Shown here: in pieces, positions 9,160 to 23,396 of the stretch
Layout of the letters: each line of letters starts with the position of its first letter
Numbering within the stretch: the first letter of the stretch is position 1
Source: Girardia tigrina
Taxonomy: Eukaryota
Length of the DNA stretch: 64,000 nt
Direction: 5' to 3'
Assembly: GCA_001938485.1 (NCBI GenBank)
Contig: MQRK01245143.1
Coordinates: 2,971-66,970, forward strand
Notes under the pieces: model-generated
Seen by the model: the letters and a program-made list of their open reading frames with translations, nothing else
What the model was told of the DNA's origin: nothing
Databases searched by the model: none
Translations under genes and position numbers: made by a program

Positions 9160-12100
9160 CAGTGTTTTCTCTATCACTTTATAAGTCCTTCATATTTATC
9201 TTTACTCTTTATCCCCGTTTCCTCCTTGACTAGTACTTCATCTCCGATTTCTAAATTTCGGGTTGTTGTTTCTTCTTTATCTTTCTCTTACTGTAACTTT
9301 ATATCTGGAGTACGCCATCCTTCTCTGTATATTTTCTTTCCAGATATGATTTCTGTCGGACTTTTACCTATAGTTTTCTGAAAAGTTGCATTTAAGGTAA
9401 ACTCTATCTCTGGTAACAATTCCTCCCAGTCTGAACTTGATTTCGTTTGTAAAGATGCAATTAGATATTCTCTTATGGACCAAAACTGTCTTTCTACTAT
9501 ACCATTTGAGTTGTGGTGGTATGGTCTTGAGTAACACATCTGTATGTTCATTGGTTTAATGTTCATTTGTTTAATTATTTTAAATTCAAATGTTTTTCCT
9601 CAGTTTGTGTGTTATTTCTTTAGGTTCTCAAAACTTAAAATCCATTTTTTTTCATTATTGTATCTTTCATTGTTATTTCATCTTGTTTACTAACAGCTGC
9701 TAATGAAATGTATCTGCTGAATTGATTGATGATTGCCACAATATATTTTTTTCTTTTTTTATATCTCTTTTAACGGGTCACATACATCTATTTATATTTT
9801 TTCAAATGGCTCGTTTGCGTTTAATATCATCCGTTCTTCGTTCGTAGCTACTGTTACTGTGTTACTTCTTTGGCACGCTTCACATCGTTCAATAACTTCT
9901 TTTAGTGTTTCGTTGCGTTTGTTCATGTCGTATTTGTCTGCGATATATTTATTAATTTCTCTGACCCCGCGTGTGATAATAGTGTATGTGTTTGTTTAAG
10001 TATTTCTTCTCTCTCTTCTTCAGCTATCCAAATCTTTCCCTTGTTCGTCCTCGTTCCGTCATTTGTAAGGTTTTTATCTGTTTCTGATATTATGCTTTTC
10101 TTTATTCCTTCGACATCTCCCTGCTGGCATTTAGAACTGGCTGTTGTATCCACGGTGTTTATCCTCCGAGTCTTGATCTTTTGTGTTTTTGCATCTTCAT
10201 GTGCCATCAGGCATTGTGTACATGTATCACATGTGTTCTACGATAGCATATCTGCGTTCGAATGTTCAATTCCCTTGTGGTATTCTAGCTGTATATCTAG
10301 ACTTGATAAGTAGTTTATTCATGTCTTAAATTGTGCGGTTATCAGTTTTTTTGTCTTCAGCATGAATTTAATCGCCTTATGGTCTGTTCTTATCCTAAAT
10401 CGTTTTTCATACAATTAATGATTGAAATGTTGACAAAAGTAATATATTTCCAACAGTTCTTTCTTCGTTATACAATACCACTTTTCATGATTACTCATCG
10501 AGTTTGAGCCGTATGCGATAACTCTCTCGTAATTATTTTTGTCTTTTTGTGAAAGTACTGCTCCAATGGTATCAAAACTAGCGTCGGTATCCAGGATAAA
10601 TTCTTTCTCAAAGTTTGGGAACCCCAGAATTGGTGGTGTTGTCAAAGCTTTCTTCACAACTGTATTACTAAATGTATAAAAACATTTCAAATACATTCCA
10701 GAATCGTGCATATTGATAAATTGTTGTCTGTTGATTAAAATTCTTCTTTAAAATCAGAACAAAACATTTAAATTGATTCCAAATAGAATTTCATCAACAG
10801 CACAATATTCCACATTTGCATGTAGAAGTATGCATAATGTGGATATATGGATATTTAGCAAACGCTAAATTACACGACTCCGTCAATAACAGTTTATTTT
10901 TGTTCAATTCACATAGTTGTTCCAAAGTTTTAGCTTTTGTTGCGTAGTTTTTGCGAATCTTCTGTAAAAATTACAAAAATTAATTAATTATTATAAACAA
11001 ATAATTAATAATAATTAATACCCAGGAAGCTTCTTAGATTCTTTACACATTTCGGTTTTTCGAATGACTTTATAGTTTATAGTTTTGATGGGTCTATCTG
11101 AATACACTTTTCATTAATTATATGTCCCAAAAACTTGACCTCTGTTTTTAAAATTTGACATTTCTCAGGGTTGATTCTTAAACCTGCCTTTCCAATTTGA
11201 TCTAGTACTCTATCTAGGATTTCTAAATGCTGTTCTAATGACTTTGAAAAGATCAAAATATCATCTAGATACACTACAGTTCTTTCTATGTCTCCTAGTA
11301 TTTTCGTCATCAGCTCCTGGAACGTTCTTGGGGCAACTGCTATGCCAAAAGGCATCCTATTAAAACAGAACTGTCCCATTTTAGCTGAAAATGCAGTCTT
11401 TAGTTTTGATTCCTCCTATAGTTCGACTTGGTAATATGCAGGCAAACAGAAATCAATCAATGTAGAATATCGGGATCCATGTAGGCTGTCCTTAATTTCA
11501 ATAATATTTGGCATCGGGAACGCTTGCCTCTCCGTGACTAGATTCAATTGCATAAGATCTAGGCAAATTCTAACATCATCGGTGTATTCTAAAGAGAATT
11601 GTACTTCTTTATGACATTGTTTTTCCACAAGTTCTTTATAGTCTCATCCATTTTCCCTTCCAGAATAATCGGTTGCCTATGTGATTTTAGATTTATCGAC
11701 AGTCTTCTTGTGTTTATCTTATGTTTTATCATTGTTGTACATCCAACATTCCATTTTTCCGCCATAAAAACGCCTTGATGTTTTTTTACTATTTCAAGAA
11801 CTTTTAATTTACCTGCAATCTGCATTACACTCTTGGCTCTGTGAAATCGTTCATCATTTGTTACCAATCGTTCAAACCTAGCTTCTGGATTACATACCTT
11901 GTAAAATTGTTCGTTTGCAGCCTCTTCTTTCTTCTTGCACCGCAATTCAATTCCGAACGTTTTATGAAATTCAATACCTCCTATTATTTCTGATTTAATG
12001 TCAGTGACTACGATAAAAGTTGTATTTTTCAATTTTCCTCTAATTTCTACGTCTATTGATATTTTACCAATACATTCCAGGTGACTGTTGTTTGCACAAT

Positions 12101-14030
12101 GCAGTTTGATGTCTGGTTTTTCCAACTTTACATTTTCTAATTTATCGAAAATTGACTTGTTAATTACGTTTACCCTTGCTCCTGTGTCTAATAAACAATC
12201 TTCCCTGATGTGTTGTATCTTTATTTTTATGCTTGTTCGACTTTGCATTTATCGAACAAAATATTTTCTACTCTCCATTCATCTATGGTTAGGATCTTTG
12301 TTTCCTCATTATTACTTCTGTCTTCAACCGCTCCCACTAAACTTTATCTGATCTCATCTCCGAATACTTCTATTTTTATGAATCTTCGAACTTTCTCATT
12401 TGTATCAACTTATACCTCTTTAATATTTTTAATATCATCTTTCACTATACATATAATGTCTGTGAAGTTATTTTACTATAAATAGCCATATTTTTGGAGT
12501 CGTTTCTATCTTTTAATTTATTACCACGACTGACTCCAGTTCTGTCGAGGCTCTATCTTTTGGGTGCTGTTTCTCCATCACTGATTCTTCATATTCTTCT
12601 TCAATGTTCGCTACAAATCTTCTATTATCTCCTCGTCTTTTGTCTTCTCTATCTCTATATTGTCGTTGATTGTAACCCCTTCTTTGGTAATTATTACTTG
12701 CTGATCTTTGTTGGTTTCTTCTTTCGTATAATTTTATGTAACATTCATCTTCCCAGTGACCTCTATTTTTGCACCTTTTGCATTCAATATTCAGACAGTT
12801 TCTCCTTGCATGCCTCTGCTAACCACCGCCATAGCATCTAGTCTGTTTCCTTTCTGTACAGTTTTTTATCATATGTGCCTCCATTCCCCATCCGTAACAT
12901 TTCCTCGGTTCTTGTTGTCTACTTGTTCTGCTCGAGTACTGGTTTCTTTCCCATTTTCGATCATTAGTATATCTATTGTTCTCTGTATCTCCCACTCTTG
13001 TTTATTTATGTTCAAATCTGCTGTTATTTCTAGTCACCGCATCCTTTTAGTTCTTGAATCTGTTCTGTGTCTCATTATCTCTAACTACGTATATCTGTTC
13101 TTCTACATTTTTGATCTCGTGTATCGTCTTGATCTTCTCTTTTATTTGTTCCACTCTTTTTACTTTATTCATCCACACTTCTTTCTTGATATCCATGTCA
13201 TCATAACATTTCATCAATAATGTTTTCCTTATGCTCTCTTTTGTCATGATATGTTGCATGATTCTTTTTGCCATCTTTTCTATTTTTTCGAAAAAAAACT
13301 TCCGATATGTCATCTTTCATCCTATAGCGGCACGCTTCTGACGAATCCTCAAATAGAGAGGATATCCTAACAAATGCTTTTCGAAGCCGAATTTTATATC
13401 CACTTATTGACTTGTCCCCGGTCTTATACTTTTCCTTTATGTCTCTGTCCAACAGACACAAGACAATGACTTCATGTTTCGGTTTTGCCACTCCCGCGAT
13501 TTGGAAGAATGTTTCACATTCTTCTATGAACGTCTCCACATTGTCATCTTTTCTTAATTTTTCAGGTAGTAACTGATTCGTGGAGTTGTTCTAAGTAGCG
13601 TTAGTCGCCAGATAAGTAGCGTTTACGCCACTTTCTTTATCATTAGACTCAGGATTCATAATTTAACACCAAAATTTTATTAATGACAATAATTCCCATA
13701 ATTAAAAAAAATTCTTTTTAATTCACTTATTTCGTCAAAATTAATCTATTAAATTTTTCTTCGAATTCAATTTTTAAAATTTAATAAATTTTAAAACCTT
13801 AGATTAATAAAATAATTTTTAAATTAAAACTAAAAATTTTATACAAAAAATAATTAATTTAAATTTACCGTAAGCCTTAACAAAATTATTTCTTAAAATA
13901 TTATAAAGTTTAATCCATTTATTATTTCTTTTAAAATTTATTTAAAAACTTATTTTAAAATTTATTTTAAATTCTTTCAAGACTTTTATTAAAATATATC
14001 AATTGTTATAACTGTAAATATTTTTTTATT
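9160..14030 (-). mobile_element. Ty3/Gypsy retrotransposon, decayed, 3' LTR lost
   Basis: 5' LTR from 13611 up, PBS TGGCGAC at 13610-13604, gag, protease LLDTGA, RT YLDD (11077-11379), RNase H ILDTDAS, integrase PYHHNSNGIVER. Confidence 0.92.
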
Positions 14031-15525
14031 TTTAGTAAAATCAGGAGAACTAATCATCATGAAAATATATTTTAAATATAACACAATAACTAATGATTAT
14101 TTAAACAACCATTTATTTTCGAACTTTCCGCTCATTGTTGTGCGAATGAACATATTCTTTTAGCCATTCAATTCGTCGTGGCTTTAATTTGCACTTTTTG
14201 GATTTATCTTTAAACTTGCATTAGATATTCGTCTAAAAACTTCTTCAAGTCTGTTGTCGTATTCTAGTTCTGATGTTCCATAGACTAGTAAATCATCCAG
14301 TTACACTTATACACCTTTATAAACCATAGCAAGAAAAATCTCATGCAATAATGCTTGGAACGTTACAGGAGCTGTACATAATCCAAAGGGAAGTCTGTTG
14401 AAGTAATATTTCCAAATTTTTGTGCTGAATGCTGTCTTAAACTTGAATTCTTCTGTCAGTTCCACCTGGTAATAAGCATTCCCTAAATCAATGGAATTGA
14501 ACATAACAGAAGCAACCAATGCATCTAATAATGCATAAATACCAGTAACTGGAAACGTAAATTTCTCAGTAATAAAGTTTATTCCTCGAAAGTATAAGCA
14601 TATTCGAATTTTACCATCTTTTTTTAGAATAACCACCAGTGGAGAATTCCAAGAACTTTGACACGGCTTTATTGTATCTTTTTCTCACAATTTTTCTATT
14701 AGTTCTTTAACGTCTTTCTCTAAATGTATCGGGAGTCGTCTTTGATTTACTGCAATCAGCGTTCCTGTCGTCTTTATATGATATTTTAAAATCTTTGTAT
14801 GACCTAAATCGAATGATGACATCATAAAAATCTTACCATAATTTTAGATCATTCGACTAATATTCTTGGAATGCGAAAAACATTCTAGGACTTTATTAAT
14901 AGACTTCATGTTATCAATTTGTTCAATTTTATTTTCTGTTTCAATAATAAAAACTTCTTTCAATCTCAGTCGAAATTTCTGCATCGTATCGATTCTTCTA
15001 ATAAAAGCTGGTACGAGACGTTTGAAGACATAAATCTCGATCCATGCATTTTTTGAATTCCATGTTATCTTCACCTTACATATCCCAATACAAATTTCAT
15101 CTCTATGTGAGAAAACACCCATTAATCTTACATTCGATGAAAAAAAATTTGGAGATCCAATCCTCTTCCAACACGCAACATCCATTACTGACACTGATGC
15201 CCCAGAATCCCACAACATTTCTACTTCAACCTTATTACATCTCACCATATTCCACAATCTCCCATCTAGCTTCTGATGTATCTTCTTCTCCGTCTTCGGA
15301 CTTCTATCTCGAGAGTTTATATCCTTTACTGACACAACCCAACCGAAGACATAGGCACAGTTGGCTACCTTGCATTTTTTTGCTTCATTCTCCATGACAT
15401 TTTCATAATCTTCCATTTTAAATGAAATTTAATCGTCTTCAGTCTTCTAAATTACCTTCTTCTTCTTGGATACATAACACTGGCTTGGATGTTCGCCTAT
15501 GCCAGTTTACAAATGGATAATCACG

Positions 15526-18500
15526 TGTCACGACCCATTCGTTTGTAACAATTTTGCGCGCTCAGAGCCTCCGGTGACTATTAAGGGTCAGTCACAACCC
15601 GGTTTGAATTTATTACCCAACTACGAATGTCTATATTTCACTTTTACATTACAGGGTCGGACGCCTCTTCTCGCTCGACATTTGCCTGGCAGTGCCGAGT
15701 CTGAAGGGCCTGCGGGTTCGAATAAAGACGGGATGGGCTATGGGCCCCCCACCTAGCGGAGTGTCGTTCGGGGATGATTTCCGTGATGCGTTCATAATCG
15801 TCCTCTTTATGTATTGTCAAACTTGTTGCACTGTTGTGTTATGTGTCGTGTTAAACTTGCGGCAATGTTGTGTACGGTTTTATCGAACCGTGGCATTGTG
15901 TTATGAATTTTCACGACTTAAGGCACTGTTAAGTTAGGTTATGTTGAGTTTGTAACGCGAAACTTGCGGCCCTCGCCGAAAGATCGCTTATACTCATAGA
16001 ACTTACAAGATTATCCTGTAATGTCAATTCATCTTCGGCGGTGCAACTACATAGCCCTTATATTATCAACAAATCCCCGGGCAATCGTTTATATGTTTTA
16101 CGTTATACGGTTTCGCAAGATACCATCGTGAGACTAATCTGTTGTATAATTAACATTGAGGGATTCGTTATTTAAATTGTCATAAAACTCTGATATCGAT
16201 TTGACCCATCAATTATTAGCAATTCCTAATTAACAAAAGTGTAACGATTCCGCTCAAGATAATTTAAATTATTAATAGAATCCCTTATTGACAAAATAAA
16301 ATTTCGCACTATTTCATTCAAAATAACTCAACATTCGCAAACGCAATTTTGATTCTTAACTTCTTTAGAAAAATTCCTTAGCGAAATTCTTTATCGATAT
16401 TCGCAAATCCATTCCGTTACATTTTATTATAATGTTAGCAGGATAAAATATGAAACGATTTCGACTCAAATTGCCAACTTAATTTACTAATTTAATATTC
16501 ATAATTCGTTAAGGATTCGGAGTCATTACTTTATACAATTTACGTATTAGAGTAAACATCAGTTCTACCTAAATTAGAATCGGTTAAAATTATCAGAACT
16601 AAAACTAGAGTAAATAAAATTATCTTTCAATTCAAATTCATAAATTTATCGTTTAATCCGAAAACTAATCCTAAAAATCAATTTTATCCATCGGAAATAA
16701 TCATAAAACTAAATAAATATAATATCGTTGTTATTTGACCTGCACCGATAGGAAATCGTTAAAGTTAATTTATTTATATCGATAAAGTCGCATTTCTCAA
16801 AACTGGTTGCCTTCGCGTTTGTTTTAATTATTCAAATTGCCTACCGACCTCTGGCCACAATTTTAACCCTTAAAAAATTGTAACTAGCATTTTTTAAACT
16901 ATTTTCGCCGAAATGATCGTATGAATCGATAAGGTAATTGTTAATTTTGTTAATCTCATTTCTGGACCTCAGATTTCACTTTACGTATGAGCCAGCTTAA
17001 CCACATTCACTCGAACAACCTCAAATTCAAGATAGATAAAAAATTTTACGGTCGAGGCTCATACATTATAATCAGACCCCTAGTTTGTCGATAAACTAAA
17101 ATAAAAGTACGACCTTATAAACCACCAAAATCTTTAATAACATAGTTAAAAATAATAAAAAAACAATAAAAAAAATCAGTATCATTCCTTGCAACATTAA
17201 TTGCCTATAAAATATTAATAGCAGTAACTCGGAGCATAGAATAAATTATATTTGGACATTAAAATGTTTCCCTTAATTGTTCGATCGTTCGACACGGCGA
17301 ACCTGCGGGTCTATGTCATCGTTAGGTAGGATCTCGCGATTTCCTTGAAGGAACGTTTCAATAGGTATCGACACTACCTCTACAATAATCAGGTCGGCGC
17401 GATTGCCGATGCTCTTCCATCGGGCGTTCGAACGCAGGTTTCCTCTGGGCATAATAAACGAGTGCGGCGACGGGATGATGAAGTGATTTAAACTAGGATA
17501 GAGACGAAAAACGGGTTTTGATTATAATTCATAAATAATAAACTATACAAAATATAAAATCATCATTTAAAATGTTTATTAATTAATCAGTAGTTCATAG
17601 ATATACAAAATCAAAATTACAATAATTGATAGACGCTGCTAGTCGAATACCTCGGTCGAAATCTCGGTCGGTTTAAGTGAATTTCTTCTGGTAATGTCGT
17701 CAACGGTTCTCTCGGAACTAGTTTCTCGGGATCGTTTTCTCAAATATTGGTTTTCTCGAGACGGTTCAAAGCGGTTCGTAGAATTTTGTAATGTTTTGGG
17801 ATGTTGAAGTGTTGTGAAAAATTGTGTCGTAAAGTTGTGAGATTATGAAAATTGTAGTTATAAAAATGTGCTGAAAATTTTTGTTGCAAGCAGTGTGATA
17901 AAAGATTGCGTTGTAAAAATAAAATTCAGAGTGCGAACTGGTCCGAGTGAGTGTTATATTTATAACACTCAATGTTCTGCTTGTTGCGACATATTTTTCG
18001 TGGCCGTATCTGGTTGGTTGATGCCACTAATTTCGAANNNNNNNNNNNNNNNNNNNNNNNNNNNNNNNNNNNNNNNNNNNNNNNNNNNNNGGTCACAAGG
18101 CCTCTTTGTCACCGATGACTGTTCATCGTGTGACACCGTTCTTTATTCATGGCCTGAATCATCGTAAGTTTTATTTGCTGTCTTTGTTTGTTAATTAGCC
18201 TTTGTTTTGCTTTATCTAATTTACATTTCTTTGCAGGGGTGTAACCCTCTTCAGGAGAATGCCATGGCTTCGCGGACCACACCCGGGGACCGGCCTCGTC
18301 GCAAGCTACGCGTGGAGGGTCGGATGACGCCTAAACAACAACGGGTCGTCCAAGAGGTGCTTTAATTAATTTTGGTCTCTTTTTTCATTAACTATTTTAT
18401 TTTGTAGAGCGGCTAACTTCTTCTCAACGTTTTCGGGGTTTAGCAGTTTAGTTCCGGCGACTTATTATGCCATTTGGTCCTTCTCATCGAGTAAGCTTTC

Positions 18501-18702
18501 AATTCACTTATCCAATTTTCTTTTTATCTAATGTTTTTTAGTTGCGACACAACGCTGCCCCCTCGACACGGACAACCAAAGCGATCCTGGGACTTAACTT
18601 TTTGTTCAAAATAAATGTATTAATTCCCTCAGTCTTCCTTTTGATATTTCTTTTTATAATTACATATGTTATGTATTATTATATTATTTTTCGACCGCAA
18701 CA
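15526..18702. mobile_element. 3.2-kb LTR-like insertion (giant solo LTR or gap-collapsed element)
   Basis: Ends TGTCACG...CGCAACA, with 4-bp TSD CACG at 15522-15525 and 18703-18706. N-gap at 18038-18090. Confidence 0.8.
18091..18597 (+). pseudogene. spliced four-exon ORF of unknown function inside the LTR-like insertion
   Basis: GT-AG introns at 18164-18236, 18357-18407 and 18491-18541. One frame runs through all exons with a single TGA (18325), stop at 18595, AATAAA at 18610. Confidence 0.6.
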
Positions 18703-20439
18703 CACGGAATCTGTGACCTTCTTTACCGCAAATCGAACAAAAGCCATCCAATTGACAATGTTTTCTTCGATGTCCAGTTTCTCCACAGCAAAAACATTGT
18801 CCTGGTTTGAGGGGTTCAAATTCAATTGGAGGTTTACCCCACAGCTTGTAATAAAATCTCTTTGCTTTTGTTTTCATCGATTCAGTTGGAAACTTCCCTT
18901 CTTCATTTGACTTTTCATATTGACGTCTTTGTGTTCCATTCTTCATATCTCACTTGACATAAAAGACATTATGATTTTCATAACCACGATTCAAAATTGG
19001 CCTGGGACCTCTTCGATATGTTTTTTTTACTTCTGTCGCATAATTTGGAGGATGTTGTTTTATTGTGGCAATCGGTTGGTTTGGTGTTATACTTTCCAAA
19101 GCTGTTACCATTCTCGACGTCTTTCATTTGGCATCTTAGGCTCCAAAATAAGAGTTTCTTTTAATTTCGAATTTTGTAATCCTTGAACGATGAAAGCGGA
19201 AATAATTTCTTCTTTTGAGATCTGACTCTTAAATACTTCCCACCATTTTTCGCACTCGAAGTCTGAAACACTGGTACCGTTCATCTGGTCTTTGAGCTGA
19301 TTCACAAGGATCTCTTACTTTATCAATTATGCTCCTTGGTTTTGAAAAAATTTGGAAAAACCACTCTGTAACTGAGTTGTTTATCAGATCTTTATTGTGA
19401 TGACAATATTCCTGGCACAAAATTTTAGAGTCGCATTTAAGCAGCATATCGAAGGCAAATGCTAGATCCATTTGATTGAATATGGCGAAATCCATTGTTT
19501 GTTCAATCCATTTCATTGGATCTTGTTCCTGTCCGTCGAAAAAAGCAACTTTCGCTGCAAAAATTTCCTGTGCTGATTGAGGAAGTTTTGCGAAAATTCT
19601 TCTTCTGTCTTCCATCTTCGAAATTGCATCGACATTCATTTTATTGTCCTCATAGTGGTCGACAGTAAAATCAGGAGAAATAATCATCATAAAAATATAT
19701 TTTAAATATAACACAATAACTAAGAAGTATTTAAAAAACCATTTATTTTCTAAATTTTTTTGCTGGTTTTCTTTAATATATCATTTTTAATTGTAAAACT
19801 TTTGTATTAATTTACTGTTTTAAAAATTTTCAAATAAAAAAAATAATAAACTTTTTGGCGAGATGCAAATTTAAAGTAACTCCTACGAATAATATAATCT
19901 GCTAGATCAACAGTAGATTGGAATAGATCACAGAACTTTTCTTTAGATAGTTTTTCGTAAATAAATGAGGCGAAAATTTCGACTAGTAATGTTTATTATT
20001 AGTGGAAGCGACAGTCAAATTGAGTAGGACAATAGATATTTGGTATATAAGTCAATTATACGGATAACAGGTAATTTAGTACTGAAAATCCGGTATTTAA
20101 AATGAGCGGTAAGGAAAAAATTAGTTCTGTTGATTTGTCCTGATTGAGACGTTGGGAAAAAACCCAGCAATGCAATCAAACAAAAGTTGACTGACCAGCA
20201 ACTCGTCCAGCGGTAAGTTATTCTGCTTCTTTAATTTTTCTTCGATTGTTTAATCAATTATTTAATTTTTAATTTCTTATTTTTAAAAAATTATTATTAT
20301 AATTTGTCACTGGAGGGGGTGGGATTTTCTTTCACTTTCTTTTCTTTAATTCTCGATTTCTTCTCCCTTTACAATCAATAAAAATAAACAATAATAATAA
20401 TACACAACAAAATTATCGCCACCCATACACAATTTTTTT

Positions 20440-20880
20440 GCTACAAGTAAAATGACAGAAAGGATTTAACAACGGTCTTATTAAATTATTTCCTATTGTG
20501 GGATTTTTTCAGTTTTAGCGATGAATAAATAAATTTAATAACTAGCTTCATAAAAAGAATATTAGATGAATTATAAGCAGTTAATAGAGACGTTAATGTA
20601 GTTCTTTTTTCATAATATTTTTTAAAGTTTTAAAGTAAATTAAATCTGAATTAATATGAGCACTATGCTTCGCCTTCAAATGCGCCTCAAGACGACCTCG
20701 TTTCATTGATTTGTTGGTCCATAATTGCTGGCTTAAAAGACAAAAAGTAATCCGCCCATCATGAACAGCGGGTATGAACCCAAATTTTAAATATTCCTCC
20801 GAATATTGACGGTTTTTTTCTGGCTTCCTCCACTCATTTACTATGGGCTATAACAATTTTTGCAAAACTTTTTACCTGTC
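20440..20880 (-). mobile_element. hAT Buster/Charlie transposase N-terminal relic
   Basis: KNRQYSEEYLKFGFIPAVHD...FCLL...SMKRGRLEAHLKAKH, a BED-finger-type N-terminus. Confidence 0.75.
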
Positions 20881-20937
20881 AAATAAAAACTAATATTAAA
20901 ATGTGTTAAAATTTAATCAATGCCTATTATATCTATG

Positions 20938-20940
<3 letters not shown>

Positions 20941-20979
<39 letters not shown>
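20941..20979. repeat. (TA)n microsatellite
   Basis: Read directly from the sequence. Confidence 0.97.
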
Positions 20980-20981
<2 letters not shown>

Positions 20982-21523
20982 ATAACGTCTAAGTCGTCTA
21001 AAGAAATCATTTACTTTCATATCAAACCTGAGAGCAAAAATTATTTAATAAGCCGCGCAAACAATCAATATTTAAACAAATTCAATTATTCATAAAATAT
21101 TGATTATATAATTAAATAATTTTATTTCAAATTGCCGTGCAAATAATTATATGAAACAGAATATAATAACATATTTCAATCAAAAACATAATTATCAAAC
21201 TATTTCTTTTCTTTGATATTAAGAAAAAATATACATATCATTATTCAATGCTTTTATTAAGATATTTCAAAACTTCATGCAATATATTTTGATAAATGCT
21301 CTTTGAATATAGAGGTTTCGATTGATCATTAAGTTGATGGACTCCTGACAAAGGAGAAAGATATAGCGCCATGGTAACTAGTAGGGATGTGTTAATACGT
21401 TAATGCTGTTATCGAATCGGTATAAATCAGAAAAAAGCCTAAAAATATTTTCCATTAAATTCCTAGATTAACTTTAAATTTAAGTGGGTATACTCATTTT
21501 CTAATGGTATTGAGCCTCTAGGC

Positions 21524-21861
21524 CAGTGATAGGCAACTTTTTTCAAGATCGTGTAAATTATAATATTTTTCAATTTCTACTGGGTAACAGGGTAAAAAAT
21601 TAACTCATATTTCTAAGTGTATAAAACATTTATTTTACATATTACACATATTTTAAAATATTTGTAATTAATGACTTCCTTGATGCTGAAATTCAACAAC
21701 ATCATAGAATTTTTTTTTGGAATTTATTGATAATTAGTATTTTGGATTTTCAATGCACTCTTATAAAAATAAATATTCACAAAAAATGCTAACGATTGGG
21801 TAATTGAATATATGGCTGCAGGTAATTGCATTACCCGCGGGTAAGGGGTTGAGTATCACTG
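21524..21861. mobile_element. hAT (Buster-type) non-autonomous element
   Basis: TIR CAGTGATA/TATCACTG and perfect 8-bp TSD CTCTAGGC. Retains the transposase C-terminus QHQGSH* on the minus strand. Confidence 0.9.
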
Positions 21862-23245
21862 CTCTAGGCTGTTTAGAGGGTCCACCCAAACTAAAGAATC
21901 ACTAGCAGCCCCCGATAGGCCTCCTACGGGGTCGGATAGTTTCGGTCTCCGAGATCTTTTCGGCTTCCCTGTGAGAAACGACCACCCATGAGTTGTATAG
22001 CCATGGTTCTGCATACCTTTGGCTGTATTCGTGGACTTCGGATAGCCGCGAAAGGGACATCTGAACTCCCCCTTTGCAATAAAATCTGTAATCCTAAAAG
22101 TCAGATGTGTTTCTTCAGTATCTATCGCTTCTTCCACCGTCATCGAGATAGTTGGGTGTCCGTCACGGATTGAATCTGGTTTCCTGGAATGTTGAGGTTT
22201 TCTACGACTCTTTCTTCTATGGTATTTGTTGTAGTGGTTTGCGCTGGTGTCATTGCCGGTTCTCCAATTTCTTCTGTCTCCTCCAATTTATGATCCCGGT
22301 AGAGGAGTCTTGACAGCCACCCCTTCGTTTTGTAAGACCTCTTACATAGTGTACATGGGAATGGCAATTTCTGTTGTTGTGTCTCATTGAGCTGATCAGG
22401 ATTAGCGGAAGCGGACACCGCGTGGTCCCTTTTCGTGTGTCTGTTCAGCTCCTTCTTTTCGGCAAATTCCTTGTAGCATCTTTCTACTGGACATTGGTGA
22501 CGTTAGTCTCTCTCGTTGATCAGTTTCGGTACAGTTGTTCTTGTCGTATTGAGTCTTCTTGATCGAATTAAAGAGTTTATGTATGTTTCCCTCGATACAA
22601 TATGATCTCTGTGAATGATGCGGTTCATGAAATCTCCATACACCGCATCATCCCCAAATAGCCACTGTATGTCTACTCGAAGAAATTCCGAAATTGATTA
22701 CTTCTTTCTCCCACTGATCTTTTTCCCCATTTGTATTTCTCCCTTCCAGATTCGTTGGATTGTCTCGTACTCCTCTGAAGTTTCCGTCTTCCTGTGGAAA
22801 GAAAGCCTTTTACGCGCAATAATATCAATGGGATGTTGGAGTCCAATGTCCAGGATGTCCATACGTTTCTTTTCAATCTTGTGTTTCTTCCTAACTATGC
22901 GCGTGCATAGGTTATGAAGGGCATGCAATTTCTTAATGTTCTAGTCCGCAGTTCTCCAGCTTTCACAGCCGTAGCAGACTACAGAGAATATGCATGCGTT
23001 GATAACTTTCTTCTTATTCCTCATACTCAGTTTGGAGCTCTTCAGCACTGGTCTCAGGTCCCTGATCTTCAGGGTTCCTTTCTTAATTCTTTCTTTCACT
23101 TCTGCGTCCACATTTCCTGCTGAAGAGATCGTGGATCCTAGGTAACAAAAGGTAGAGAACCACTCAATACCGGCCTCAAGCTGGTGCCCAGCAGTAAGGA
23201 TCCGACTATCTCCGTTAAATTCTAGTAAGACTTTGAGGCACCATT
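21862..23245 (-). mobile_element. RTE-like LINE 3' portion with C-terminal zinc fingers
   Basis: FCYLGSTIS...YGCESWR post-RT motifs, then C2H2-like FPCTLCKRSYKTKGWL and FRCPF. Confidence 0.8.
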
Positions 23246-23246
23246 A

Positions 23247-23251
<5 letters not shown>

Positions 23252-23300
<49 letters not shown>

Positions 23301-23395
23301 NNNNNNNNNNNNNNNNNNNNNNNNNNNNNNNNNNNNNNNNNNNNNNNNNNNNNNNNNNNNNNNNNNNNNNNNNNTATATATATATATATATATAT
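23252..23395. repeat. (TA)n microsatellite spanning an N-gap
   Basis: Read directly from the sequence. Confidence 0.95.
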
Positions 23396-23396
23396 G

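Larger units (their letters stand above)
14034..19887 (-). mobile_element. Ty3/Gypsy element (gag-PR-RT, internally deleted) split by a 3.2-kb insertion
   Basis: LTR-end repeats at 14035-14125 and 19665-19755, PBS-like TGTCGACC. Gag has two zinc knuckles whose frame rejoins across the insertion (CSICGKEGHRFR / DYPF). Protease LWDSGAS, RT 14307-14636. Confidence 0.8.

Noticed and set aside
10661-10874. 214-bp TG...CA insert in Gypsy pol as a solo LTR
   Set aside because: Flanks CAAC/CGAC are imperfect and host codons appear deleted, so it is more likely repair filler.
9148-13220. Many hydrophobic plus-strand ORFs
   Set aside because: Antisense shadows of the A-rich Gypsy gag-pol.
17868-18167. 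ORF spanning the N-gap
   Set aside because: Continuity through Ns is artefactual. Only the part after 18091 was used.
18629-19714. Gag-only element or domesticated CCHC gene
   Set aside because: The gag frame rejoins protease/RT at 15525 across the CACG TSD.
21856-22418. Host C2H2 zinc-finger gene
   Set aside because: Contiguous with the LINE ORF2 tail and degenerate.
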